A stretch of DNA of 64,000 nucleotides from Eledone cirrhosa (lineage: Eukaryota), in assembly GCA_964016885.1 (NCBI GenBank), contig OZ024742.1, positions 148,552,001 to 148,616,000 of the forward strand, given 5' to 3'. The position numbers were made by a program, and so were the translations under genes. Positions 16,691 through 27,990 of this stretch are shown piece after piece; the first letter of the stretch is position 1; the number at the start of each line of letters is the position of its first letter. The notes under the pieces are model-generated. The model searched no databases, was not told where the DNA came from, and saw only the letters and a program-made list of their open reading frames with translations.

Positions 16691-16946
16691 ATTATTAATT
16701 TAGCGAAATTACATAATTGATCATACAAATTATTATGTCTATGTTTGCTCAATCGTAAAGGAAAAGATAACTCCAATATTATTTGTTAAACTATTAAAAT
16801 TAGATTTGATGAATAATCATTAGGAAAAGAATATTAATTGGTAAAAATACTAAATTTAAGAAGAAAATGATCATTTAAGAAAAAAACCTCAGTAAACAAC
16901 AGAATCATTTTAAAGATGTATAAGATGTAGTCAAGTGTAATGAATA

Positions 16947-18316
16947 TTATAGATTTAAAATATTTCGGAAAGTGGATTTTTGGCGATGTCTGCAAGAACT
17001 GAATAATTCGCTTTTTAAATTAATAGAATTTTGACAGTTAATTATATAAAAAAATTCATCGATGCACAAATGACAGATTCTTGAGAAAACCATATTTCCG
17101 TATGCAGGTGCTTTCGAAATCGTTCCCAAGGTATTGAATAGTCTATATTATTGTCCTTTAAATTCCAAATTAGATGTGAAAGTGAAGTGGAAGATTTTTT
17201 TATCGGACCTATTAAATGTATGTTTGTAGTTGTACCAGCCTTCTTTGAATTTTGTAGAAGTGGCACCTATATAGTTAAATATTTTGTCTCTAGTTTTTAC
17301 TGCGCATTTATAAATTAAGTTTTTGTCTAAGCAATTATTTTGTAAAGGGCAGTTTGATTCAATTCTACAGTTACATTTTCGGGAGTTGTTACTAGAAACG
17401 GTACTATTAGTATGAATATTGTTATTAGAAATATTATTATTGTTGTCTTGGTTTGTTTGGTTAGGGTTTAAATCTAAGTTTCTATTATTAATTCTATTTA
17501 TATTTTGTGCTATGTTCATAGTGGTAGAGTAAGATAGTTTTATAGTATGTCTGTTAAAAATAGATTGGTATCTGTGGGCTTTAGGAAAACATTTATCCAG
17601 TGCTTTGAAAAATAGTTTTGCTACAGGTGTTTTAACGCCTAATGAGAATGGGGGAGAGTACCAAATAATATTTCTAGTTCTAGTTTTTTTGTTTGATTTA
17701 CTATTTAAGTTAAATTGCTTATTATTATTATTATGAATTTTAGGATGATTTATCATGTTATAGTTGTCTAAGTATTTAATTTTATTCGAGTATCCTGCTC
17801 TATGTAAAGCCTTATTGTAATATTCTGCCGTATTATCAAAAATATTTTTATTAGCGGAGATGCGTGAAATTCATTGCTGGACGCTATTGACAATAGTATT
17901 TTTTATATTTCTAGGATGATTAGAATTGAAACTTACGTAATTTAGATTTTCATTAATTTTATGGAATGGATAATAAAGACTTGAGCTAAGGTTTAAAGTT
18001 ACATGATTTTATAATTATTCTCGATTTCTAAATTAAGGTTGTAGTTGTTGAAAAACTGTTTTATGGATTTCTTTTTCCTATTAATTTCACTATTGCTATG
18101 GTTTTCGATTAAAAGTAACATATCGTCACGATATAAACCTCCGGTCATCTCTGGCATTTTTCTATGCAGTACATTAATAAATAATCCAACGAGGTCTGTT
18201 ACTTGAGTCGAGTCAGATGATCCCATAGTAATATCGAAATTGTTTTGTCTGTCAGCTCTTTTACAGAGATGGTTATTAAATTCTATTAGGGTTTTACGCG
18301 CGGTTAGAATGATATT
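16947..18316 (-). pseudogene. Penelope-like element RT plus C-terminal GIY-YIG endonuclease, 5'-truncated and frameshifted
   Basis: FDITMGSSDS..DLVGLF, GLYRDD, RNIIWYSPPFS, IFNRHTIKLSYS, CNCRIESNCPLQNNC, LIY..YIGAT, SLSHLIWNLK, CHLC..E, SELFSSCRH. Confidence 0.9.
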
Positions 18317-18381
18317 CATATATATATATATATATGAATATGATATATATATATGAATATCATATATATATATATATGATA

Positions 18382-18463
<82 letters not shown>

Positions 18464-18713
18464 TGAATATCATATATATATATATATATATATAAGGGAT
18501 AACAAATTATCGTTATAGGTAATCCAGTTAGAGGTTGTGAATATTTATTATTATGGATAGTTTTAGCGTACGGCGTTGTTTGACTCAACAAGATGTTTAC
18601 GTAGATGACGAGTTCATGATTTTACTTGTATTCCTATGTAAGTTAATCTTGGAGTAATAAAATTGAAAAAGTAGAGAATAACATGGCCAACAGTACAAAA
18701 AGGGGATTTATTT

Positions 18714-18825
18714 ACAGTCTAACAATTGTTTCTCTGATAAAGTTGTCTAAAAATTGCTGAACACTAGAAGCAGTGCCACTCAATTTCAAATACAATGCTA
18801 GCTCGATCAGATCTTCAGAAACTGT
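18714..18825 (-). ncRNA. Type I hammerhead with long stem II insert (mirror of 20196-20307)
   Basis: ACAGUUU-CUGAAGA-UCUGAU..AUCAGA-GAAA-CAAUUG-UU^AGACUGU. Confidence 0.8.
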
Positions 18826-19710
18826 TATAAAAAATATATATATAAATCAATAAATGCGGTGCCCCAGCATGGCCTCAGCCGGATGGCTGAAACAGGTAAA
18901 AGAGTAAAAGAGTATATAACCGGCAAATTTACAAATTCTAATTACATCATCAATAATAATATTAATAATATAGATAGAGAGTGAGAAAGAGAAAGAAAGG
19001 GAGAAACATACAGGAGAGAAAGAAAGGAAAAGGAAAGAGAAAAAAGAGAAAAAGAAAGGAAAAAGAAAAAAGAAAGAAGAAGAAAAAGGAGAAATGAATT
19101 CAGAGAAAAATATAGAGAGAAGAAAGTATATGGAAAAATGAGAACTTTAGACCAGCTTAATTTCATCTTATCTATTCCATAACCCAAATTGTACCACTTA
19201 GATCTATTATAATATCATCATCATTATTATTATAATTGTCATCATCTATCAATGAACAACATGAAAACATCTTATATTTACATTCTTATTTTATATATCT
19301 CTATCTTTCACTCTCTATTTTTATATTCCTTTCCCTAAATTTATTTCATATCTGGCATTTTATTTTATCATATAATATAACTTACAATTAATTAATTAAT
19401 TTATTTATTAAAATAACCAATACACACATAAATATATTTAACATTATCATATTTAGACCTTCGTGTATCTCTGTGTATATCTCTATATTGTAGCCATTCT
19501 CAAAAGCCACTCTCAATAATCTTAATGTTTAAATTTTCTTCGCATATTTTTACTTTTTTACTTATTTATTTTAATATTTTAATATTTTAATATTTTCATT
19601 TTTCATTTTTTTAATATTTTCATTTTTCGTTTTTCACATTTTATACCATTTTATATCATATTAGATATATTTTATTTATTTATTGATTTATATATTTATT
19701 ATTATTTTTA

Positions 19711-19818
19711 ACTCCCGCCGAGGTTGACTTTGCCTTTCATCCTTACGGGGTCGATAAAATAAAGTACCAGTAATGCACTGGGTAATTGCTGGCCTTGTGC
19801 CTAAAGTAGAAACAATTA
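19711..19818 (+). mobile_element. 5'-truncated SINE
   Basis: cccgccgaggttgactttgcctttcatccttacggggtcgataaaataaagtaccag...gtagaaacaattatt. Confidence 0.85.
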
Positions 19819-20195
19819 TTATTTTTATTTTTATTTACATTTATCCATGTATTAACGTTTATTCATTTATTGCTGATATCACTATTTTTCCCTCTCTTTT
19901 TCTTTCTCTCCTACGTTATATCTCCTTAAGCTTTTCTATCCTCTTTCTACCATCATTTTTCCATATACTTTCTTCTCTCTATATTTTTCTCTGTATTCAT
20001 TTCTCCTTTTTCTTCTTCTTTCTTTTTTTCTTTTTCATTTCTTTTTCTCTTTTTTCTCTTACCTTTTCTTTTCTTTCCCTCCTGTATGTATCTCCCTTTC
20101 TTTCTCTTTCTCACTCTCTATCTATATTATTAATATTATTATTGATGATGTAATTCGAATTTGTAAATTTGCCGGTTATATATATATTTTTTATA

Positions 20196-20307
20196 ACAGT
20201 TTCTGAAGATCTGATCGAGCTAGCATTGTATTTGAAATTGAGAGGCAGTGCTTCTAGTGTTCAGCAATTTTTAGATAACTTTATCAGAGAAACAATTGTT
20301 GGACTGT
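20196..20307 (+). ncRNA. Type I hammerhead with long stem II insert
   Basis: ACAGUUU-CUGAAGA-UCUGAU..AUCAGA-GAAA-CAAUUG-UU^GGACUGU. Confidence 0.8.
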
Positions 20308-20344
20308 AAATAAATCCTCTTTTTGTACTGTTCTCTACTTTTTC

Positions 20345-20408
<64 letters not shown>

Positions 20409-20428
20409 CTATATATACATATATATAC

Positions 20429-20474
<46 letters not shown>

Positions 20475-20517
20475 GTATATATATATATGTATATATATGT
20501 ATATATATATATATATG

Positions 20518-20887
<370 letters not shown>

Positions 20888-20903
20888 ATATATATATATA
20901 TGT

Positions 20904-20997
<94 letters not shown>

Positions 20998-20999
20998 GT

Positions 21000-21094
<95 letters not shown>

Positions 21095-21098
<4 letters not shown>

Positions 21099-21740
21099 TA
21101 AAATTAGTCCTTCATCAGTGATCTTCCAGCCTTCATTGGTATTTCATCGCTTTAAAGATCATATACCTCTGGTTGGTGCCAGCAACGGCTAAAGAAATTC
21201 GTTGGGACACGTAAAATAGGGTGAAACGAGCGAGACATGTAAACAGACAAAGATGGTAATGCAACGGAAAGTGGGGAAGAAGGAGTCAAGTCCCTGAAAT
21301 CGATGAACTTAAGTTCTGTGAAATTGTAGACGAGAGATAAAGACCATCCGACCTGGGTGAAATGTGGGCGAGAAAAGGAATTCACACAGGTCAAACGGGA
21401 GGAAGTGAGAGAGAGGGAGTAGCACAGAGTGAGTGAGTGAAAGTGTGAGGAAGAGGCCAGCTGAGAGAGTAACTGGCAGAGGGGCTAAAACGAAAGTGAG
21501 AGATACGGAGAAAGGGGAAGCAGTGAGAAAGAAACAGACGGGTCACAGCGGAGGAAAAAAATAAATATATGAAAATATGGCGTGCTGCGTGGTTGCAAAT
21601 GGGTTACATATGAATAAAATTAGTCCCTCATCAGTGATCTTCCAGCCTTCATTGCTTTAAAGATCATATACCTCTGGTTGGTGCGAGCAACGGCTAAAGA
21701 ATGTCGTTGGGACACGTAAAATAGGGTGAAACGAGAACAT
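21095..21740 (-). mobile_element. Family B element, partial tandem
   Basis: 21095-21230 is repeated at 21611-21735; homolog at 22758-23262; abuts (TA)n. Confidence 0.75.
21107..21176 (-). ncRNA. Candidate non-circularly permuted (pseudoknotted) hammerhead ribozyme
   Basis: CCAACC-AGA-GGUAU-A^UGAUCUU-UAAAGCGAU-GAA-AUACC-AAUGAA-GGCUGG-AAGAUCA-CUGAUGA-AGGAC. Confidence 0.65.
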
Positions 21741-22031
21741 GAACTATTTGGAAGCCATGAACAATCTATGATATTCTGAATAACGTGAATAATTTATTCC
21801 AAGCATCCACAGTTATCTCCCTGACATCGATCTATTGTGGGTTTTCCTCCCCCAGGAGAAGTGACCATTTCTTCACATGCGCATTCGTACTGTTTTTCCT
21901 TTTCCGTACATTTCCTTTTCCGTACAACTTCATTTAGACTGAGCTAATAATCCGAATAAAGTGAAACAATTGTTCTCGGTATGGTGAACTAACTGTTGTG
22001 GAACTACTTATATATATATATATATATATAT

Positions 22032-22685
22032 ATACATTATGAAGAGAGAAGAAACATTTAGATATAATTAGTAATAAAATGTATCATACCTAAACTGCTC
22101 CTAAATTCCTCGACTACGTAGTTTCGTGGCATAAACAAAAACAATATATCAAAGATATAGAGTCCTTGCGAGGTCTGCCAACTTATCAAGAGGATACCTC
22201 ATTTTACTAGTCTCAAGAACGCGTCTACACGACGTGAGAAAGAATCCCAAAAGGCGGAGGGGGAGATAGTCACGCGATATAACGGTCGAGAAACAGAGCT
22301 AAGCCTCGACCGTTATATCGCGTGACTATCTCCCCCTCCGCCTTTTGGGATTCTTTCTCACGTCGTGTAGACGCGTTCTTGAGACTAGTAAAATGAGGTA
22401 TCCTCTTGATAAGTTGGCAGACCTCGCAAGGACTCTATATCTTTGATATATTGTTTTTGTTTATGCCACGAAACTACGTAGTCGAGGAATTTAGGAGCAG
22501 TTTAGGTATGATACATTTTATTACTAATTATATCTAAATGTTTCTTCTCTCTTCATAATGTATTTTTAACTCTGATACTGGTTCAGTCTGGTTCAAACTA
22601 AATTGGTCTGTCCCAGTCATTCATTGAGCAACATCGGTGAAGTTGGCACCCTTAACTCGCAGTTGGGTGCGGATGCATTCATGTA
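22032..22685 (+). mobile_element. Young fold-back PLE-type element, ~259 bp arms plus tail
   Basis: Arms 22032-22290/22305-22563 look identical by eye, 14-nt spacer, begins at (TA)n. Confidence 0.85.
22401..22488 (+). ncRNA. Type I hammerhead with U3:A8 core
   Basis: UCCUC-UUGAUAA-GUUGGCA..UGCCAC-GAAA-CUACGUAG-UC^GAGGA; mirrored in the left arm. Confidence 0.75.
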
Positions 22686-22719
22686 TATATGTGTGTGTCC
22701 GCATGTATCTGTGTGTTTC

Positions 22720-22762
<43 letters not shown>

Positions 22763-22817
22763 AATATGGGGAGAAGAATACTGCATGGTTGCATATGGAT
22801 AACATGTTATAAAATGA

Positions 22818-22887
22818 GTCCCTCATCAGTGATTTGCCAACGGTCATTGGTATTTCATTGCATTAAAAATCATATACCTCACGTTGG
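22818..22887 (-). ncRNA. Candidate permuted hammerhead (family B)
   Basis: CCAACG-UGA-GGUAU-A^UGAUUUU-UAAUGCAAU-GAA-AUACC-AAUGAC-CGUUGG-CAAAUCA-CUGAUGA-GGGAC. Confidence 0.65.
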
Positions 22888-23262
22888 TGCAATAATAACT
22901 AAAATAAGTTATTAGGACAATTAAAACGCGTAAAGCGAGTGAGACAAGTAAACAATACAGGGGAAAGCTAACCGAAGATAGGAAGAAACACAAGCTACAT
23001 AGTTATTCTATCAGTATAAGCTGGGTGAATATATGAGCGAGTAAGAAATAGACCTTTCGCGATGAATCCGATGTAAGAAAGAAGGAGAATCGTTTTCGTA
23101 GCGAACGGGGGGAAGTGAGAAGGGGAGAAACAGTGAGTGAGTGAGTGGAAGTGCGAGGAAGAGGTCAGTAGAGAGAAAGTGTTAACTGACATGACAGAGG
23201 GGACGAAAGAAAGTAAGAGAAACAGAGAGAACGAGGGAGCAGTAAGAGAGAGAGAGAAAAAA

Positions 23263-23351
<89 letters not shown>

Positions 23352-23682
23352 GACTGAAAACAAACTAAGACATCTCTCTAAGAGAAGGCCACGCTCCTGC
23401 GACTTCGTTTGCATCCAATGATGTAGACTAGTTCGTCTTTTTCTGACCAAATGCATTCGATGTTCAGAGAGTGGGATTGGCTCCTCGCAGAGCTTTTCCT
23501 CACTTAAAAAAGCTTCAAGCAAAGGCACCGCTTGATTTATGACATTTTTTGCGATGCATGATAGTGCTGGCCATAGGCATGTCCCTAGCAGGACTAAAAA
23601 GTCAAGTCCGGGATGCTCGTGCTTAAGTATGAAGCGATGGCATTACTTGAAATTGAGTTGCAGCCATCATATATATGATACA

Positions 23683-23752
23683 CTGGAGCTAGACATGTTG
23701 TCTTTAATGCGCAGAAATGTCCATGCTCTCCAGAAGACAACTGATGAAGGGG
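23683..23752 (+). ncRNA. Distant, probably decayed permuted-hammerhead homolog
   Basis: CUGGAG-CUA-GACAU-G-UUGUCUU-UAAUGCGCA-GAA-AUGUC-CAUGCU-CUCCAG-AAGACAA-CUGAUGA: identical spacing with all three helices covarying; G at position 17. Confidence 0.6.
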
Positions 23753-23792
23753 AAATTACCCCCCCCCTTCCCGTTCGTTCTTTCCTCTTATT

Positions 23793-23856
<64 letters not shown>

Positions 23857-24293
23857 CGTGTGTGTGTGTGCGTGTGTGTGTGTGCGTGTGCGCGTGTGTG
23901 TATAATGGTCTTTCATATATGAACCGTAAGAGACCATGGTTAAATAAAGAACTCAATACATTTAGTTGTGAAGATAATATATTCCAGACGGAAATCACTT
24001 CTACGAGACTAACTCATTCTCATTCGGTTGACGTCATTAGTTGATTTTAACCAAATGAAACAGTGGTGGCCTGTACATGTCATGTTTATACAAAATAAAT
24101 GATATATATATACATTACAGGAGTTAACAGAGAGTGTGTTAAATGTGTATGTAAACATGTCTAATAGACGTATTTCTCCGCCGAGCGATCGATATCATCT
24201 TCAGCGGCTATATATAACTCTCACAATCCACATACAACTATGTAAGTATGTGTATGTATTATGCACACACACACACACAATACACACACACAC

Positions 24294-24353
<60 letters not shown>

Positions 24354-24720
24354 ACGGGTATATTTCTGTTTATAAGCGATACTTTGTATATACTTGTGTC
24401 TGACACGTTTTCAAATATACACACACAATCACACATAAACGCACATGAACACACATTTTTATGCATATATATATATGTGTATGTGTGTGTGTGCGTGTGT
24501 GTGTAAATGTGATCTCGGTCATATCGACAGGTTTGGTAAATCTCAAAATTTACCAGTTCACCTACAGTTTACAGTAGAACTCTGGAGACTATAGGCTTAA
24601 TTAATAAACATTGTTTGCCATTCTACTTCTGGCAGGAAGCCACTTTTCATATCTCACTGAATTCCTTAAAATATTCACTGTTCAAGAATGGCTGCCAGCT
24701 TCTCAAAGATATAAAAATGT

Positions 24721-25150
24721 GTTTGACAGTTCGCTCTAAACTTAGCACGTTTTATTTCCCTCAGGCATATGAGAATATTTACATATTCATCACTAGTATA
24801 TTCTTAGTCGCAACAGCCATTTTAATACCTTATTTTTTCGTTATAGTTTATAGTCAGAAGTAAGATCCCGACATTTCATCAAGGTGTGAAGGTTTCGATT
24901 TCCAGTTGTTTATTTTTTTTTTATGTATTTAGTATTGTATTTGACAGTTCGTTCTAAACGTAATGCGTGTTATGTCCCTCGAGGTTACAAGAATATTTAC
25001 ATATTTTTCAATAGTATATTAGTAACTACAACATTCATTTTTAACACCATTTTTTGCTATCTCTTATGGTAAGAAGTAACTACCTAGTGATCCTGTTCAG
25101 CGATGAAATTTCGATTTCCAGCAATTTCATTTTTATGTATTGTGTATTGC
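24721..25150. repeat. Diverged tandem duplication, ~220 bp unit, two copies
   Basis: tttgacagttcg.tctaaac...agaatatttacatatt at 24722 and 24940. Confidence 0.65.
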
Positions 25151-25412
25151 AATCAACAAACAATTGTTTCGTTGGTTGCAATATTTTTTACTAAACTATT
25201 CACTGGCTCACACATTATTGAGTGACAAAGATTTTCGTTTAGAGTGCCCAGCAACTGTTTTGGGGGTTATTTACATCCGTTGGCAATATTCTTCGGTGAA
25301 AAATATATACATTTACACACATACACATGCATGCACACGCACACACGTATATATATATATATATATGAAAAATTCGGGACCCCGTCGGCTGAGCTCCTGC
25401 CATTTCAACAGC

Positions 25413-25478
<66 letters not shown>

Positions 25479-25688
25479 CGTGTGTGTACATATATGAATC
25501 AGGATGGATTCAGTTTGAAACTGGTTGGACCATTACTCAACAGAGTACTCGATACACACGCACACACACACACACACACACACGTGTGTGTGTGTGTGTG
25601 TGTAAAAAGTAAACAGAAATAACAACACAATCGGTACAGTATATGGAACGTATATATTAGGTTAACGCTTGATATAGAAGGAAGGGGG

Positions 25689-25724
25689 TCTTAACGTTTC
25701 GGACGCTAGTCCTTCATCAGAAAA
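25689..25724 (-). ncRNA. Minimal hammerhead in a ~190 bp dispersed element
   Basis: UUUU-CUGAUGA-A-GGAC uagc GUCC-GAAA-CG-UU^AAGA; decayed copies at ~35420-35455 (+), ~45605-45640 (-), ~54955-54985 (+). Confidence 0.7.
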
Positions 25725-25807
25725 AAGAATGAGAAATAAGATAAATTGAGGGGACGGGTGGGTTGGAATTGGAAAAAATGTCTCTAGATAAAAATAACAG
25801 GTCCATT

Positions 25808-26672
25808 CAAGCTGTCCATAAAGTCGCTCTACAACTTTAAAAATGTATTACAAAAGCAAATGAACAGACAAATATATGGAAATTATTTCAAAATGAGGAG
25901 TAGATATTGAAGTTTTTTTTAACTAATTTAATACACCTCCATATTGACGTCATTAATTGTATGAAGCACATCAAGACGGTACTCGATTTCTTGTAATGTT
26001 TGCTGTAGCATAGCCTCATCAATGGGGGTAATGGCATCAGTGATCTTTTGCTTTAGAACAGTGGTGTCCCGTACTTTTGTTCGATACACGATATCTTTAA
26101 CATAACCCCATAGAAAGAAGTCCAGAGGAGTGATATCTGGTGAACGAGGTGGTCAGGGAATTGGGCCATCCCATCCAATCCACCGGTCTGGAAATGTTTG
26201 ATTTAGGAACCCACGAACATGCAGTCCCCAATGTGGTGGTGCACCAACTTGCTGGAAAATGATGGTTGGTTGAAGGTCATCTAGTTGTGGTGCCACATAT
26301 TCAGTCAAAAGGTCAAGGTAATTCCCTGGCCACCTCGTTCACCAGATATCATTCTCTGGACTTCTTTCTATGGGGTTATGTTAAATATATCGTGTATCGA
26401 ACAAAGGTACGGGACACCACTGATCTAAAGCAAAAGATCACTGATGCCATTACCCCCATTGATGAGGCTATGCTACAGTGAACATGGCAAAACATCGAGT
26501 ACCGTCTTGATGTGCTTCGAGCAACTAATGGTGCCCATACAGAGGTGTATTAAATTAGTTGAAAAAACTTCAATATCTACTCCTCATTTTGAAATAATTT
26601 TCATATTTGTCTGTTCATTTGCTTTCGTAATAACTTTTTAAAATTGTAAAGAGACTTTATGGACACGCTGTA
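25808..26672. mobile_element. Tc1/mariner fold-back derivative made of two 3' ends
   Basis: Arms ~25808-26165/26318-26672; both encode PPRSPD..LDFFLWGYVK.IVYRTKVRDTT.LKQKITDAI; minus strand also IIFQQVGAPPHW; right end finishes ...ggacacgctgTA. Confidence 0.9.
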
Positions 26673-26915
26673 AATATACATACACACAGACACACTGACA
26701 CTCGGACACACAGACACACAAACACGCACTCACAGACACACATACACATATATATATATAGTTGCGGGTCCAAACGAAAGAAAACACCAACCAAAACATA
26801 ATGGGGAGGTTGAGTATTTATATTAATAATTTGACTTTATTCCGCACAATCAACAATTCCAAGACGAAGCACATTAACAGTATACCCAACAATATTCAGT
26901 TTATTACAATGATTC

Positions 26916-27098
26916 AGATCTGCCAACCTCTAAAAACCCAAACAGGGAGTACCATGTAAAAAGGTGCCCCAAAACGGGGAGAAATGAGGCAAAATGGGGA
27001 GATTTTACAAAATGAAAGCTATACCCATTTTCACAAGAGAAAACATCCCAAAGTGGGTAGGAGATCTCCCCGTTAGACAGGTAGAGTTGATAGCTCTG
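26916..27098 (+). mobile_element. ~185 bp MITE with CAGRCCTGYCAAC-like TIRs (hAT-like by terminus)
   Basis: Copies at 33181-33369 and 59626-60019 (-); terminal inverted repeats present, no convincing TSD. Confidence 0.7.
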
Positions 27099-27404
27099 AT
27101 GATACTAAACACAAATATACTCAAAGTTCCACGGATGGTTAACAATATTAAATGTTAAATCATGAATAGATTTTACAATATTTTTTAAATAATATTTATA
27201 TTAATTACCGTTTATCTTAAGGAAGGAAGGACACTAACTACAGACTATGATGCAGCTTAATAAGGTCGAAGCCAAAACAACGTGTTTTAGTATTCTAAAC
27301 AACACAATTGAAATAGCTGAACTAAACAGCAAAAAAAATTACTACTTATAGGATTTCTAATTCAATAAGACCAACCAGTCTCCGCTGTCTAGTTTTATAT
27401 ATTT

Positions 27405-27592
27405 AATTGTTTCTACTTTAAGCACAAGGCCAGCAATTATCCAGTGCATTACTGGTACTTTATTTTATCGACCCCGTAAGGATGAAAGGCAAAGTCAACC
27501 TCGGCGGGATTTGAACTCAGATCGTAAAGGGACGTAACTATGCTGGAAAGCATGGCGTCCGACCCTCTACCGATACTGCCAATCCACCGCCC
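27405..27592 (-). mobile_element. Full-length tRNA-derived SINE
   Basis: Reverse complement of 59736-59922, B box GAGTTCAAATCC. Confidence 0.9.
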
Positions 27593-27607
27593 TAATTAAT
27601 GATATAT

Positions 27608-27990
27608 AATTTAGGCACAAGACAACAATTTGTGGGGAGGATAGAGCGGATTACATCGACCTTGTAGCCCAGAAAAATGAAAGGCAAAGTTGACCTCGGC
27701 GGGATTTGAATTCAGAACGTAAAGAGCCGTAACTATGTGTCGCGAAGCAGTGTGTCCGACACTCTAACGCTTCTCCCAATACACCGCTCTTCAGCGAATT
27801 GGTAAAGTCGTTAGATCATCGTATAGAATGCTTTGTATTCGTTCCGATTCTCTGCGCTCTCTCAGTTCAAATCCCATCGAAGTCAACTTTGCTTTTCATC
27901 CTTTCGAAGTCGCTAAAATAAAATACCAGTAAAGGTATGAAGTCGATTTAATCAACTTTCACCTCCCCCAAATTACCGGCCTTGTTCTGG
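27608..27990. mobile_element. Two older SINEs, head to head
   Basis: Minus copy ~27608-27790 and plus copy ~27793-27990 share the gttcaaatccc..gtcaactttgc.tttcat core. Confidence 0.7.

Larger units (their letters stand above)
18495..20350 (-). mobile_element. PLE-type pLTR with inverted partner and tail, between (TA)n arrays
   Basis: Inverted arms ~18659-19140 and ~19952-20350; tail 18495-18658; later insertions at ~18845-18915 and 19711-19818. Confidence 0.75.

Noticed and set aside
21112-21150. SECIS or C/D-box snoRNA reading of AUGA..AA..UGAU / CUGA
   Set aside because: SECIS helix II does not pair and no box C/terminal stem arrangement is present; the permuted-hammerhead pairing explains the covariation better
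21963-21979. GAAACAATTGTT hammerhead 3' half
   Set aside because: No matching core or stem I found upstream; at best a decayed remnant
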